In this document: positions 1 to 9,137 of the stretch, piece after piece
Layout of the letters: every line of letters starts with the position of its first letter
How positions within the stretch are numbered: the first letter of the stretch is position 1
Source: Paludibacteraceae bacterium
GTDB lineage: Bacteria; Bacteroidota; Bacteroidia; Bacteroidales; Paludibacteraceae
Assembly (NCBI GenBank): GCA_016937795.1
Contig: JAFGVV010000065.1
Coordinates: 6,429 to 70,428, forward strand
Length of the DNA stretch: 64,000 nucleotides
Direction of reading: 5' to 3'
The notes under the pieces: model-generated
The model's input: the letters and a program-made list of their open reading frames with translations, nothing else
What the model was told of the DNA's origin: nothing
Database searches by the model: none
Translations under genes and position numbers: made by a program

Positions 1-10
1 CTTTTTTCAT
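1..10 (-). CDS. Probable 5' end of a gene running off the left window edge (MKK...)
   Basis: ATG AAA AAA on the minus strand at 10..2, preceded by an AT-rich leader; a Bacteroidota -7 box (TAATTTTG, minus) lies at 67-74. Too short to assign a product. Confidence 0.35.
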
Positions 11-144
11 TTCGTTTAAACCTTTTAAAAATTTAACATGTTTTATTTTGCAATTCAAAATCGCTGCAAAATTACATCAATTTTTGAGACTACGTTTATG
101 TTTAGTCGATTTTTTTTTATTTTTTTTTATGAGAATGCGGGAAC

Positions 145-1890
145 TTATTTATCTTGTTGTTTGTCAGTGCTTAATGGTTCCTGAAAGCCTGCTGAATAAA
201 GATATCTTTTGATGCTTTTCTTAGGTGTTTTTTCAAATTCGTGGGGGTATAGCTGTACTTTGGCAACCGATTCGTACGATGCCACCATCGCATTTAGTTG
301 TTTTCGGTTCTCTTCCATCACCGCTTCGAGCTGTTTTTGGTCGAGATGCTCTGCATCCACAGCTTCGTAATCGGGGCAAACCAGTGCAATTAATCGTCCG
401 TTGCTTTCAATTACGAGGCTTTCCATTACGTATGGCATATTGTTGAGTCGGGCTTCAATTTCTTCGGGAAAGATATTTTGTCCGCTGGCACCCAAAATCA
501 TTGTTTTGTTACGTCCGCGAATGAAAATATTCCCATCTGCATCCACAGTGCCAAGATCGCCGGTATGCAACCAACCGTCTTTATCGAGAATGGCATTGGT
601 GGCTTCCTGGTTTTTGTAATATCCGTTCATTACATTTTCGCCACGCGTGCAAATTTCACCCACACCTGTTTCTGCATCCGCATCAATTATTTTAACCTGC
701 ATAATGTCGAGCACTTTACCTGCCGATTTCGGAATAAAATCGTTGGTGTTCGAGTAACTGATGAGTGGAGCACACTCAGTCATACCATATCCAATGGTGA
801 ATGGGAATTTAATTTTGTGGAAAAATTCTTCTACTTCGGCATTCATTGGAGCGCCACCCACCACAATTTCGGAAAACTCACCACCAAAAGCATCTACCAG
901 TTTTTTGCGGATTTGTGCAAGCACGCGCTGATCGAGCAGCGGAATGCTGAGTACCCACCGCATCGATGGTTTGGCAAGCATTGGTTGAATTTGTTTTTTG
1001 TAAATCTTTTCAATAATCAGTGGCACGCAGAAAATTACGCTTGGTTTAACCTCGGCAAATGCTTTCAGCAGAATTTTCGGTGAAGGTGTTTTGCCAATAA
1101 AATGAATGTGACTTCCGGAGCAGGTAGGTGTCAGAAAGTCGAAAGCACAACCATACGCATGTGCTAATGGCAGGAATGAAACAATGCGATAGCCGGGGCC
1201 AACCAGTTTTGTTCTGAACCCGAAAGTGATATTACCTGCAAGTGCGTTTCCGCTGGTCATTACGCCTTTGCTGAAGCCTGTAGTGCCCGATGTGTAGTTG
1301 ATGGATACAATTTCGCTGTTAGGCTTGTCGATATAACGCACATTATCGCGATGAAATCCATGCGGATATTTGGCATGAAACAGACTGTTGATATAATCGG
1401 GTTGCAGATATTTAACTACTAATTGTTCGTGGATTTCGTTTTCGGCCAGCTCGGGACGCTCCTCTTTGTTGAGCAAAGTGATACAGTTGAAATTGGTCAG
1501 CGAAAAAACGGCCTTTACGGTGGTTAGTTTTTCTTCTTCGAGATTTTCCCAGATATTGTCGCCGGTAAACAGCAGCAATGATTCGGAATGATTGGTAATG
1601 TGATGCACATCGTTCGGATTAAAATCCTGCAAAATAGGTACAATGATAGCTCCGTAGGTTACAGTGGCCAGATAGGTAACTGCCCAGTTGGCATTGTTAC
1701 GGCCAATAAGTGCTACCTTGTCGTTGGGTTTCAGTTTGCACTGATCGAAAAGGATATGCAACTTGGCTACACGTTTTGCCACATCGGCATAGGTGAGTGT
1801 AATGTCGTCGCCGTAATCGCTGAATGCCGGCAAATCCCAGTTTTTTCTGAACGAATCTTCGAAAAGTCGAATAAAGTTTTCCTGAATCAT
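145..1890 (-). CDS. fadD: Long-chain-fatty-acid--CoA ligase (AMP-binding family)
   Basis: AMP-binding motifs YTSGTTGFSKG, GYGMTE, WLHTGDLG and FPEEIE. Start placed at MIQENF (1890) because a -7 box TATATTTG at 1937-1944 lies too close to the track start at 1932. Confidence 0.9.
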   Translation of the reverse strand: MIQENFIRLFEDSFRKNWDLPAFSDYGDDITLTYADVAKRVAKLHILFDQCKLKPNDKVALIGRNNANWAVTYLATVTYGAIIVPILQDFNPNDVHHITNHSESLLLFTGDNIWENLEEEKLTTVKAVFSLTNFNCITLLNKEERPELAENEIHEQLVVKYLQPDYINSLFHAKYPHGFHRDNVRYIDKPNSEIVSINYTSGTTGFSKGVMTSGNALAGNITFGFRTKLVGPGYRIVSFLPLAHAYGCAFDFLTPTCSGSHIHFIGKTPSPKILLKAFAEVKPSVIFCVPLIIEKIYKKQIQPMLAKPSMRWVLSIPLLDQRVLAQIRKKLVDAFGGEFSEIVVGGAPMNAEVEEFFHKIKFPFTIGYGMTECAPLISYSNTNDFIPKSAGKVLDIMQVKIIDADAETGVGEICTRGENVMNGYYKNQEATNAILDKDGWLHTGDLGTVDADGNIFIRGRNKTMILGASGQNIFPEEIEARLNNMPYVMESLVIESNGRLIALVCPDYEAVDAEHLDQKQLEAVMEENRKQLNAMVASYESVAKVQLYPHEFEKTPKKSIKRYLYSAGFQEPLSTDKQQDK

Positions 1891-2284
1891 ATGTCCTTTT
1901 TGCTTATTTGGCCGAAAATTTTGAAAAATCAACCCGCAAATATAGTAAAAACCTACACATTTGGAGATGATTTGTGCATATAATTTGTCATCTGATTTAA
2001 TAATTTAATGATTTTTGGTAATTTCAAAAAAAGATGCCTGTAAGTTACAACTGTGCAGAGTATTGTGGCTTAAATATTTGTTCGTGTGAATGGCTGATGA
2101 TTGTTGAATTGACTTTTGCAATATCTTGCGGGCGTACATTTTTACAAATGTCGATTCGAAATTTCATAATATAATGTACACAGGTGCGAATCTATTCAAT
2201 AATTAGAAAAAATAATTTGCAAAAAATCTGTATCTTTGTGGCTTGTTTCAAAAAAGGTGAATATTAAGCTATAAGACAATATAT

Positions 2285-4744
2285 ATGAATATCTCTTACA
2301 ACTGGCTAAAGCAATACATAAATGTGGATGTGGAGCCTGTAGAATTAGGAAAAGCACTGACTTCGATAGGTCTTGAAGTAGGTGGAGTAGAAGAAGTTCA
2401 GACTGTAAAAGGTGGACTCGAAGGTTTGGTGATTGGAAAAGTACTGACTTGCGCCGATCACGAAAACTCGGACCATTTGCATGTAACCACAGTAGATGTG
2501 GGTTCAGGTGAAGCGCTTCAGATTGTTTGTGGTGCGCCCAATGTGGCTGCCGGACAAAAAGTAGTGGTGGCTACTGTGGGTACAAAATTGTATTCAGGCG
2601 AGGAGTCGTTCACTATTAAACGCTCGAAAATTCGTGGCGTGGAGTCGATGGGAATGATTTGTGCCGAGGATGAAATTGGTATCGGAACTTCGCATGCAGG
2701 TATTATTGTATTGACCGAAGATGTACAGGTGGGTATGTTGGCCAAAGATTATTATGGCATTAAAAGCGATTACCTGATAGAAGTGGATATTACCCCCAAC
2801 AGAGTAGATGCGGCTTCGCATTTTGGTGTGGCGCGCGACCTGGCAGCTTATTTTGCGCTTAAAAATCCTGAAATAAAACTAACCCGTCCGGCTGTGGATG
2901 CTTTTGCAGTTGAAAATACAGCACTGAGCATTCCGGTAACTGTTGAAAATCCTGAAGCTTGTCCGCGTTATTCGGCTGTGACTATTTCGGGTGTAAAGGT
3001 AACCGAATCGCCTGATTGGTTGAAAAATGCTTTGCTGACCATTGGTCTGCGTCCGATTAACAATATTGTGGACGTGACTAATTTCGTGTTGCACGAACTT
3101 GGTCAGCCGCTTCACGCTTTCGATGCCGATAAAATTGCCGGTGGCGAAGTACGCGTGAAATGTATGCCCGAAGGAACAACATTTGTGACACTTGATGGTG
3201 TGGAGCGCAAACTGAACGCTGCCGATTTGATGATTTGCGATGCTGAAAAACCAATGTGTATTGGTGGTGTGTTTGGCGGACTTAGCTCGGGTGTGACTGA
3301 AACTACTCAGAATGTGTTTTTGGAAAGCGCTTATTTCCACCCTGTTTCTATTCGCAAAACGGCTCGTCGTCATGGTTTGAATACCGATGCCTCGTTCCGT
3401 TACGAGCGTGGTTGCGATCCTACAAATACTATTTATGTGCTTAAACGTTGTGCGCTTCTCATACAGGAAGTAGCCGGTGGCGTTATTTCGAGCGAAGTGG
3501 TCGATGTGTATCCGCAGGAAGTAAAACCTTTCGAAGTAAGCGTGACTGTTGAGAAAATTCATTCGCTGATTGGTAAAGAAATTGGCCGCGAAAATATTGA
3601 AACCATTTTGAATGCGCTCGAAATGAAAATTGTAGAACGCACCGAAGCCGGTTACCTTCTTCATGTGCCTGTGTATCGTGTGGATGTACAGCGCGATGTG
3701 GATGTAATTGAGGATATTCTGCGTATTTATGGATATAATAATGTGGAAATTGGCGAAAATCTGGTTTCTACTCTTAGTTACAGCTCTCGTCCTGATAGTC
3801 ATAAACTTCAGAATCTGATTGCAGAGCAACTTACAGCTCAGGGTTTCAACGAGATTTTGAACAATTCGCTGACCAAAGGTGGTTATTATGCCGGTTTGAC
3901 TTCGTTCCCCGAAGCCAACTGCGTAAAAATTATCAATGCGCTGAGCAACGATTTGAACGTAATGCGTCAGACTTTGCTTTTTGGCGGTTTGGAAAATATT
4001 CAACGCAATATTAACCGCAAAAATGCCGATCTGAAATTCTATGAATTTGGCAATTGCTACTATTATAATACCGACAAAAAGAAAGAAGGCGAGGTACTTG
4101 CGGCATATTCCGAAGATTTCCATTTGGGAATGTGGCTCACAGGCGATAAGTTTGGTCAGTCGTGGTCGGTTGCACAGCAAAAAACAAGCGTGTACGAACT
4201 GAAAGCTTATATCGAAAATATCTTCCGTCGTTTGGGCGTGAACCTTCGCAAACTGGTGATTGGCGAATTTTCAGACGATCTTCTTTCCGAAGCGCTTACA
4301 GTTTACAGTCCCCGTGGATATAAATTAGCTGTGTTTGGTATGGTGCACCCGAAAATCCGTAAAATGCTCGATATTGATCAGGAAGTGTTTTTTGCTGACC
4401 TGAACTGGAATGCATTGATGACTGAAATTGCGAAACACAAAGTACAGTACAGCGAAATTTCGAAATATCCTGAAGTAAAACGCGACTTTGCGCTGTTGAT
4501 TGACAAGCAGGTGACTTTTGCCGAAATTGAAAAAATTGCATTCGATACCGAGCGCAAATTGCTGAAAAAAGTAACGCTTTTCGATGTGTACGAAGGCAAA
4601 AATCTTCCCGAAGGTAAAAAATCGTATGCGGTGAATTTTGTTCTGCAGGATGAAACCAAAACGCTTACCGATAGTCAGATTGACGCAATAATGAAGAAAA
4701 TGCTTGCCAATTTCGAAGCGAAACTTGGTGCTGCATTAAGATAA
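2285..4744 (+). CDS. pheT: Phenylalanine--tRNA ligase beta subunit
   Basis: MNISYNWL start, tRNA-binding OB fold (IVCGAPN, KIRGVESMGMIC), ITPNR, B3/4 domain (RPINNIVDVTN, GQPLHAFD, RYERG) and a C-terminal FDX-ACB domain (LFDVYEG); 819 aa. Confidence 0.97.
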   Translation: MNISYNWLKQYINVDVEPVELGKALTSIGLEVGGVEEVQTVKGGLEGLVIGKVLTCADHENSDHLHVTTVDVGSGEALQIVCGAPNVAAGQKVVVATVGTKLYSGEESFTIKRSKIRGVESMGMICAEDEIGIGTSHAGIIVLTEDVQVGMLAKDYYGIKSDYLIEVDITPNRVDAASHFGVARDLAAYFALKNPEIKLTRPAVDAFAVENTALSIPVTVENPEACPRYSAVTISGVKVTESPDWLKNALLTIGLRPINNIVDVTNFVLHELGQPLHAFDADKIAGGEVRVKCMPEGTTFVTLDGVERKLNAADLMICDAEKPMCIGGVFGGLSSGVTETTQNVFLESAYFHPVSIRKTARRHGLNTDASFRYERGCDPTNTIYVLKRCALLIQEVAGGVISSEVVDVYPQEVKPFEVSVTVEKIHSLIGKEIGRENIETILNALEMKIVERTEAGYLLHVPVYRVDVQRDVDVIEDILRIYGYNNVEIGENLVSTLSYSSRPDSHKLQNLIAEQLTAQGFNEILNNSLTKGGYYAGLTSFPEANCVKIINALSNDLNVMRQTLLFGGLENIQRNINRKNADLKFYEFGNCYYYNTDKKKEGEVLAAYSEDFHLGMWLTGDKFGQSWSVAQQKTSVYELKAYIENIFRRLGVNLRKLVIGEFSDDLLSEALTVYSPRGYKLAVFGMVHPKIRKMLDIDQEVFFADLNWNALMTEIAKHKVQYSEISKYPEVKRDFALLIDKQVTFAEIEKIAFDTERKLLKKVTLFDVYEGKNLPEGKKSYAVNFVLQDETKTLTDSQIDAIMKKMLANFEAKLGAALR

Positions 4745-4835
4745 GAAGAATGAAACGAAAATGACCAAATTAAGTAATTTGGACACACAAGGGCATGATT
4801 ATAAATGCAAAAAACTCAACTCAACCCGTCTTATT

Positions 4836-4854
4836 CCCCTTTAGGGGTTAGGGG
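4836..4854. repeat. Short G/C-rich REP-like palindrome CCCCT-TT-AGGGG-TTAGGGG
   Basis: Read directly. Same stem-loop + TTAGGG tail design as the element at 26669-26698. Confidence 0.6.
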
Positions 4855-4870
4855 TTCTAATTACAAACAG

Positions 4871-6094
4871 ATGAAGTCACCCATAACCCAATTACTGCAT
4901 ACCGAATATACAAAACCCGATGCTTACAATGCATTAAGTATGCCTGTGTACAATTCTGCTGCTTACGAGTTCGACTCTGCCGAGCAAATGGAGCTTGCAT
5001 TTACAGGTAAAACCGCCGATTTTGCATATTCGCGCATCGGTAACCCTACGGTTCAGTATTTCGAGGACAGGGTGAAAACGATTACCGGTGCTGCGTCGGT
5101 TACTGCCCTCAATTCGGGTATGGCAGCCATTTCGAACGCTATTATTTCTATAGCCAAAAGTGGCAGCAATATCGTGACTTCGCGACATTTATTTGGAAAT
5201 ACATATTCGTTTTTTGCCTCCACAATGGCAGCTTTTGGTGTGGAAACACGTTTTTGTGATTTGACGAATACTGAAGAAACCGAAGCACAGATTGACGAAA
5301 ATACCTGTGCGCTGTTTTTAGAGATAATCACAAATCCGCAAATGGAAGTGGCTGATTTGAATGCACTTTCAGCTATTTGTAAAGCTAAAAACATTCCATT
5401 TATTGCCGATACAACTATTGTTCCGTTTACAGTTTTTAAAGCAATGGATTTTGGGATTGACATTGAACTGGTGTCGAGCACAAAATATATTTCGGGCGGT
5501 GCTACTTCGGTTGGCGGTTTGATTCTGGATTATGGTACGTTCAACTGGCTTTCGTCGCCAAAATTGCATGTGTTGGCCAAAGACTTTGGCAATATGGCAT
5601 TTACGGTAAAGCTCAAAAAGGAAATTCACCGAAATCTGGGTGCCTATATGACTCCTCAGGTGGCTTATATGCAGACACTTGGACTCGAAACTATGGATTT
5701 ACGTTACGAAAAAGCTACCAATAGCTGCTTTGAATTGGTAACAAAACTTTCCGGATTAGCTCAGATAAGTTCGGTAAATTACAACGGACTTGCCGGCAAT
5801 AAGTTTCATCAGTTGGCGGTTTCGCAGTTTGGAGCTAAGCCCGGCGCTATGTTTACGTTCAATCTTGGTTCGCGCGAAGCCTGTTTTGCTTTTCTCAATA
5901 AACTGAAACTCATTAAACGAGCCACCAATCTTTTTGATAATAAAACGCTGGCCATTCATCCGGCTTCCACCATTTACGGAAATTATACAGCCGAAATGCG
6001 CAAAGCTATGAGTGTATCTGATTGTACTATACGCATTTCGGTTGGGTTGGAAGATACTGCTGATTTGTTCGAAGATTTCGTACAGGCTTTATAG
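4871..6094 (+). CDS. PLP-dependent trans-sulfuration enzyme (O-acetylhomoserine sulfhydrylase / Cys-Met metabolism family)
   Basis: YSRIGNPT, SGMAAI, PLP-lysine motif SSTKYISGG, HPAST and IRISVGLED. The true start is probably MKSPITQ (4871); the track start is 4805. Confidence 0.88.
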   Translation: MKSPITQLLHTEYTKPDAYNALSMPVYNSAAYEFDSAEQMELAFTGKTADFAYSRIGNPTVQYFEDRVKTITGAASVTALNSGMAAISNAIISIAKSGSNIVTSRHLFGNTYSFFASTMAAFGVETRFCDLTNTEETEAQIDENTCALFLEIITNPQMEVADLNALSAICKAKNIPFIADTTIVPFTVFKAMDFGIDIELVSSTKYISGGATSVGGLILDYGTFNWLSSPKLHVLAKDFGNMAFTVKLKKEIHRNLGAYMTPQVAYMQTLGLETMDLRYEKATNSCFELVTKLSGLAQISSVNYNGLAGNKFHQLAVSQFGAKPGAMFTFNLGSREACFAFLNKLKLIKRATNLFDNKTLAIHPASTIYGNYTAEMRKAMSVSDCTIRISVGLEDTADLFEDFVQAL

Positions 6095-6098
6095 TTCC

Positions 6099-7118
6099 CT
6101 ATCGGTATTCTTCACTGCCATCTCCGTATTTGGCAAAACGTCCGGTATTTCGGTCGTGTGTTTCATAGTGCGTACGCCATGGCCAGCCACCAAACTCAGT
6201 TTCGCGGTAATCGCGGAAAGCCTGATGAATTTCGGCTTCGGTATTCATAACAAAAGGTCCGTAGCTCACCACAGGTTCGTTGATAGGTTCGCCTTCGAGC
6301 AATAAAAAGAAACTTTCGCTTTTGCCGTTTTGTATCAGTATATTGCTTTGTCCGTCGAGTTTAGCTCCCTGTCGTGCTTTTAGTTCGTATCCGTCAATAT
6401 CAATGTTGTTTTCTCCTTTATAAAAATAGATATTCCGCGATAGCGTGGGTGAAACAGCCGGTAACCCGAATGTGGCGCCTGCTTCCATTTTGAAAAGAGC
6501 AATCAGTACATTGTTTTGTTTCTCCGCAGCCCACGAATCGGCAGGAGCGGGGAGACCCTCGTGTTCGTTTATCTTTCCGCTTATGAGTTTTATCTCCGTA
6601 GAATGCCCTTTTTGATCAGCTAATCTGAGCACCGGAATATCTTCGTTCCACAGCATTTTATAACCCGGTTCTGCAAATTTATTGCGCGCAGGTAGGTTGA
6701 GCCAAATCTGAAACAGTTGCAAAATATTCTTTTTGTCGGTGTGAATGAGCGGAAACATTTCATTGTGCTGACAACCTGCTCCGGCAGTCATCCATTGCAC
6801 ATCGCCATTTCCGTAGCGTCCTTCATTTCCTTTCGAGTCGAAATGGTCAATCAGTCCTTCGAGCACTATGGTCACAGTTTCGAAACCACGATGCGGATGC
6901 GAAGGGAAGCCCGGCACAGTCTCGCCATGATACATACTAAATCCATCTTTTCCCGAAAAGTCGCTGCCCATATTCCGGCCTTCGAGCGATACCGAAGGAG
7001 CCATTTTTTCATTTCCCGGGGGGTAAATGTCATAATGATGTGCGCAAAACAGAAAAGGATTTTCCATTGGCCACTGACTTCCCAGCTGATAGGTTCTTTT
7101 TATTTTTGAAGTTTGCAT
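6099..7118 (-). CDS. Pirin family protein (bicupin)
   Basis: HPHRGFETVT, GDVQWMTAGAGCQHNE, FQIWLNLP and GPFVMN motifs. Confidence 0.93.
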   Translation of the reverse strand: MQTSKIKRTYQLGSQWPMENPFLFCAHHYDIYPPGNEKMAPSVSLEGRNMGSDFSGKDGFSMYHGETVPGFPSHPHRGFETVTIVLEGLIDHFDSKGNEGRYGNGDVQWMTAGAGCQHNEMFPLIHTDKKNILQLFQIWLNLPARNKFAEPGYKMLWNEDIPVLRLADQKGHSTEIKLISGKINEHEGLPAPADSWAAEKQNNVLIALFKMEAGATFGLPAVSPTLSRNIYFYKGENNIDIDGYELKARQGAKLDGQSNILIQNGKSESFFLLLEGEPINEPVVSYGPFVMNTEAEIHQAFRDYRETEFGGWPWRTHYETHDRNTGRFAKYGDGSEEYR

Positions 7119-7228
7119 AATAGTGAAAATTCTGCATATAAAGTAATTGTTATATGTGTTTTATACAACTGAAGAGGCTTAATTGTTTTCGAATTTCTGG
7201 TATTTAGTGATTTTTAATCAGGACAATT

Positions 7229-7259
7229 AAAAAAAAACCGGAAGTTTCACAACTTCCGG
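7229..7259 (-). terminator. Rho-independent terminator after the VWA gene
   Basis: Perfect stem CCGGAAGTT/AACTTCCGG (7238-7259) with a 4-nt loop, followed by a U-tract on the minus strand. Confidence 0.8.
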
Positions 7260-7294
7260 CCGTTTTGAAAAAACACGTGTTTGTTAAGGTTATA

Positions 7295-8764
7295 TCAGGG
7301 TTTCCATTTGTTTACAATTCCGATAAACTGAGTTCTGTATCCATGTGGATCGAAAGTTTTTGCGTTTTCGGCAAAATTCAGAATCATGGTTTTGTCGGCT
7401 GTGCCTTTAAATTCTGATTCTCTCAGTATTAGTCCGAAAGCACTGAGTGAAATGACAAAGCGCATATTTTCCGATGCCAACACTGCTGCGACAGGATTTC
7501 CGGCGACAGTGTGCTGAATCAGTCGACTTGCAGTTTCTGACGGTTTTTTGTAGCGGAAATCGAATTGGGCATAAGGTGTTGCATCTGCCGTAACGCTATT
7601 TGTTAATTCGAGCTCGTACAGGGCTGTGATGGTTTGTCCTGCTCCAATTTCACCTGCATCGGTTGAGTCGTTTTCGAAATCTTCCTGATTAAGCGAACGG
7701 TTTTCGTAACCAATAAGTCTGTATTTGAGTACTTTGTCGGGATTAAAGGTGATTTGAATTTTTGAATCCTTGGCTACAGTGTAGAATTTCGATTTTTCAT
7801 TTACAAATACTTTCATTAATTCGTCGGCACTGTCGATATATTCGTAATTACCATTGCCCTTGTTGGCAATTTGTTCCATCATATTGTCGTTCAAATTACC
7901 TGTACCCACTCCGAGAGTCGTCAGGTAAATGCCTCCGTCACGTTTTTCTTCCACTAATTTTACCAACTCGTCGGTAGTGGAAGGCCCCACGTTAAAGTCA
8001 CCATCCGAACCGATAATGATGCGGTTGTTACCACCGGGGATAAGGTTTTTTTCAGCAATTTCATATGCAGTCAGAATCCCTTTTGCACCTGCAGTGGAGC
8101 CTCCGGCCCCAAGTTTATCGATGGCATTTTTAATCTTTGTTTTTTCGTCGCCATAAGTCGATTCAAGTAAAACAGAGGCTTCGCCTGCATAGGTCACAAT
8201 GGCAACACGGTCGCGATCGCGCATCTGGTCGACCATCAATTTAAAGCCCGACTTCAGGACAGGAAGTTTTTCGGGGCTTTCCATCGAACCCGAAACATCA
8301 ATCAGAAATACAAAATTCGAATTTGGTAATTCGGCTTCAGGAATGGATTTACCTTTCATGCCCACTCTTAATAAATGGTGCGAAGTATTCCACGGACATT
8401 CCGAAATTTCAGAATTGAGCGCCACGTTTTCATCTCCTGTGGGGTTGGCGTAGTCGAAAGTAAAATAGTTGAGAAATTCCTCGATTCGCACTGCTGCTTT
8501 TGGAGGTTGTTGTCCCAGATGCATAAAACGGCGCATATTTGCATAAGAGCCACCATCGGCATCGACCGAAAATGTGGAAACCGGATGCTCGGCTGTGGTA
8601 ATAAACTGATTCTCGGTGTATTCTTTGTAATTTTCACCCGTTGGGTTCTCAGACATTTCCATGTCGGGGTAATAAGTGTAATTACTGTCGTAATAACTGG
8701 TATCACATGCAGTGAATATAAACACAAATAGCGCAGGGGCTAATAAACGAAGCTTTTGTTTCAT
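7295..8764 (-). CDS. YfbK-like von Willebrand factor A domain lipoprotein
   Basis: Lipobox FTAC after MKQKLRLL (start 8764). N-terminal STFSVDADGGSY...RIEEFLNYF, MIDAS DVSGSM, SDGDFNVG, YRLIGYENR and DAGEIGAG. Confidence 0.88.
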   Translation of the reverse strand: MKQKLRLLAPALFVFIFTACDTSYYDSNYTYYPDMEMSENPTGENYKEYTENQFITTAEHPVSTFSVDADGGSYANMRRFMHLGQQPPKAAVRIEEFLNYFTFDYANPTGDENVALNSEISECPWNTSHHLLRVGMKGKSIPEAELPNSNFVFLIDVSGSMESPEKLPVLKSGFKLMVDQMRDRDRVAIVTYAGEASVLLESTYGDEKTKIKNAIDKLGAGGSTAGAKGILTAYEIAEKNLIPGGNNRIIIGSDGDFNVGPSTTDELVKLVEEKRDGGIYLTTLGVGTGNLNDNMMEQIANKGNGNYEYIDSADELMKVFVNEKSKFYTVAKDSKIQITFNPDKVLKYRLIGYENRSLNQEDFENDSTDAGEIGAGQTITALYELELTNSVTADATPYAQFDFRYKKPSETASRLIQHTVAGNPVAAVLASENMRFVISLSAFGLILRESEFKGTADKTMILNFAENAKTFDPHGYRTQFIGIVNKWKP

Positions 8765-8880
8765 AATTTCTGATTTTATAGATTGATTAGATTTTGAGTT
8801 CTGTTGTGATTGATGCAATTGTCTTTTTTTTCGTTGCAGCATATTTTTATTTTATACAAATTATTTTGTTTAATAATGCG

Positions 8881-9018
8881 TATTAGTAAGAGACTATTAC
8901 TAATACTAGTAAGAGACTATTACTAATACTAGTAACGAGCTACCACTAACACTAGTGTCGATGCACCACTAATACTAGTGTTGATCTGCCACTAATACCG
9001 GTCGCAGTCTGTTATTGA
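8881..9018. repeat. Tandem array with a 23-bp period (5 units plus 1 degenerate); conserved ACTAA-TACTAGT junction and variable core
   Basis: Units start at 8881, 8904, 8927, 8950, 8973 and 8996; read directly. Confidence 0.85.
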
Positions 9019-9137
9019 CAGGGCTGATATTATTCAAGCCCGAAAGCTGTCAGGTTTGATTTTAAAACCATATTTTGTACCTTTGTGAATTGTGTAAAAA
9101 CTTTTATTCAAAGAATACGTTTTTAATCCCAAAGTAT

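Noticed and set aside
1993-2024. Degenerate 8-mer array (TGATTTAA TAATTTAA TGATTTTT)
   Set aside because: It is too low in complexity to distinguish from AT-rich background.
2879-4180. Long antisense ORF (433 aa) and similar shadow ORFs (e.g. 26652-27239, 28911-29540, 35042-35854)
   Set aside because: They lie fully opposite well-supported genes, have no recognisable motifs, and show composition typical of reverse-frame shadows.
4745-4870. SAM or other riboswitch upstream of the trans-sulfuration gene
   Set aside because: Only small hairpins (CCAAATT/AATTTGG and the G/C palindrome) are present, with no recognisable aptamer core.
8881-9018. CRISPR array
   Set aside because: The repeat plus variable part totals only 23 bp, the variable cores are related to each other, and there are no cas genes in the window.
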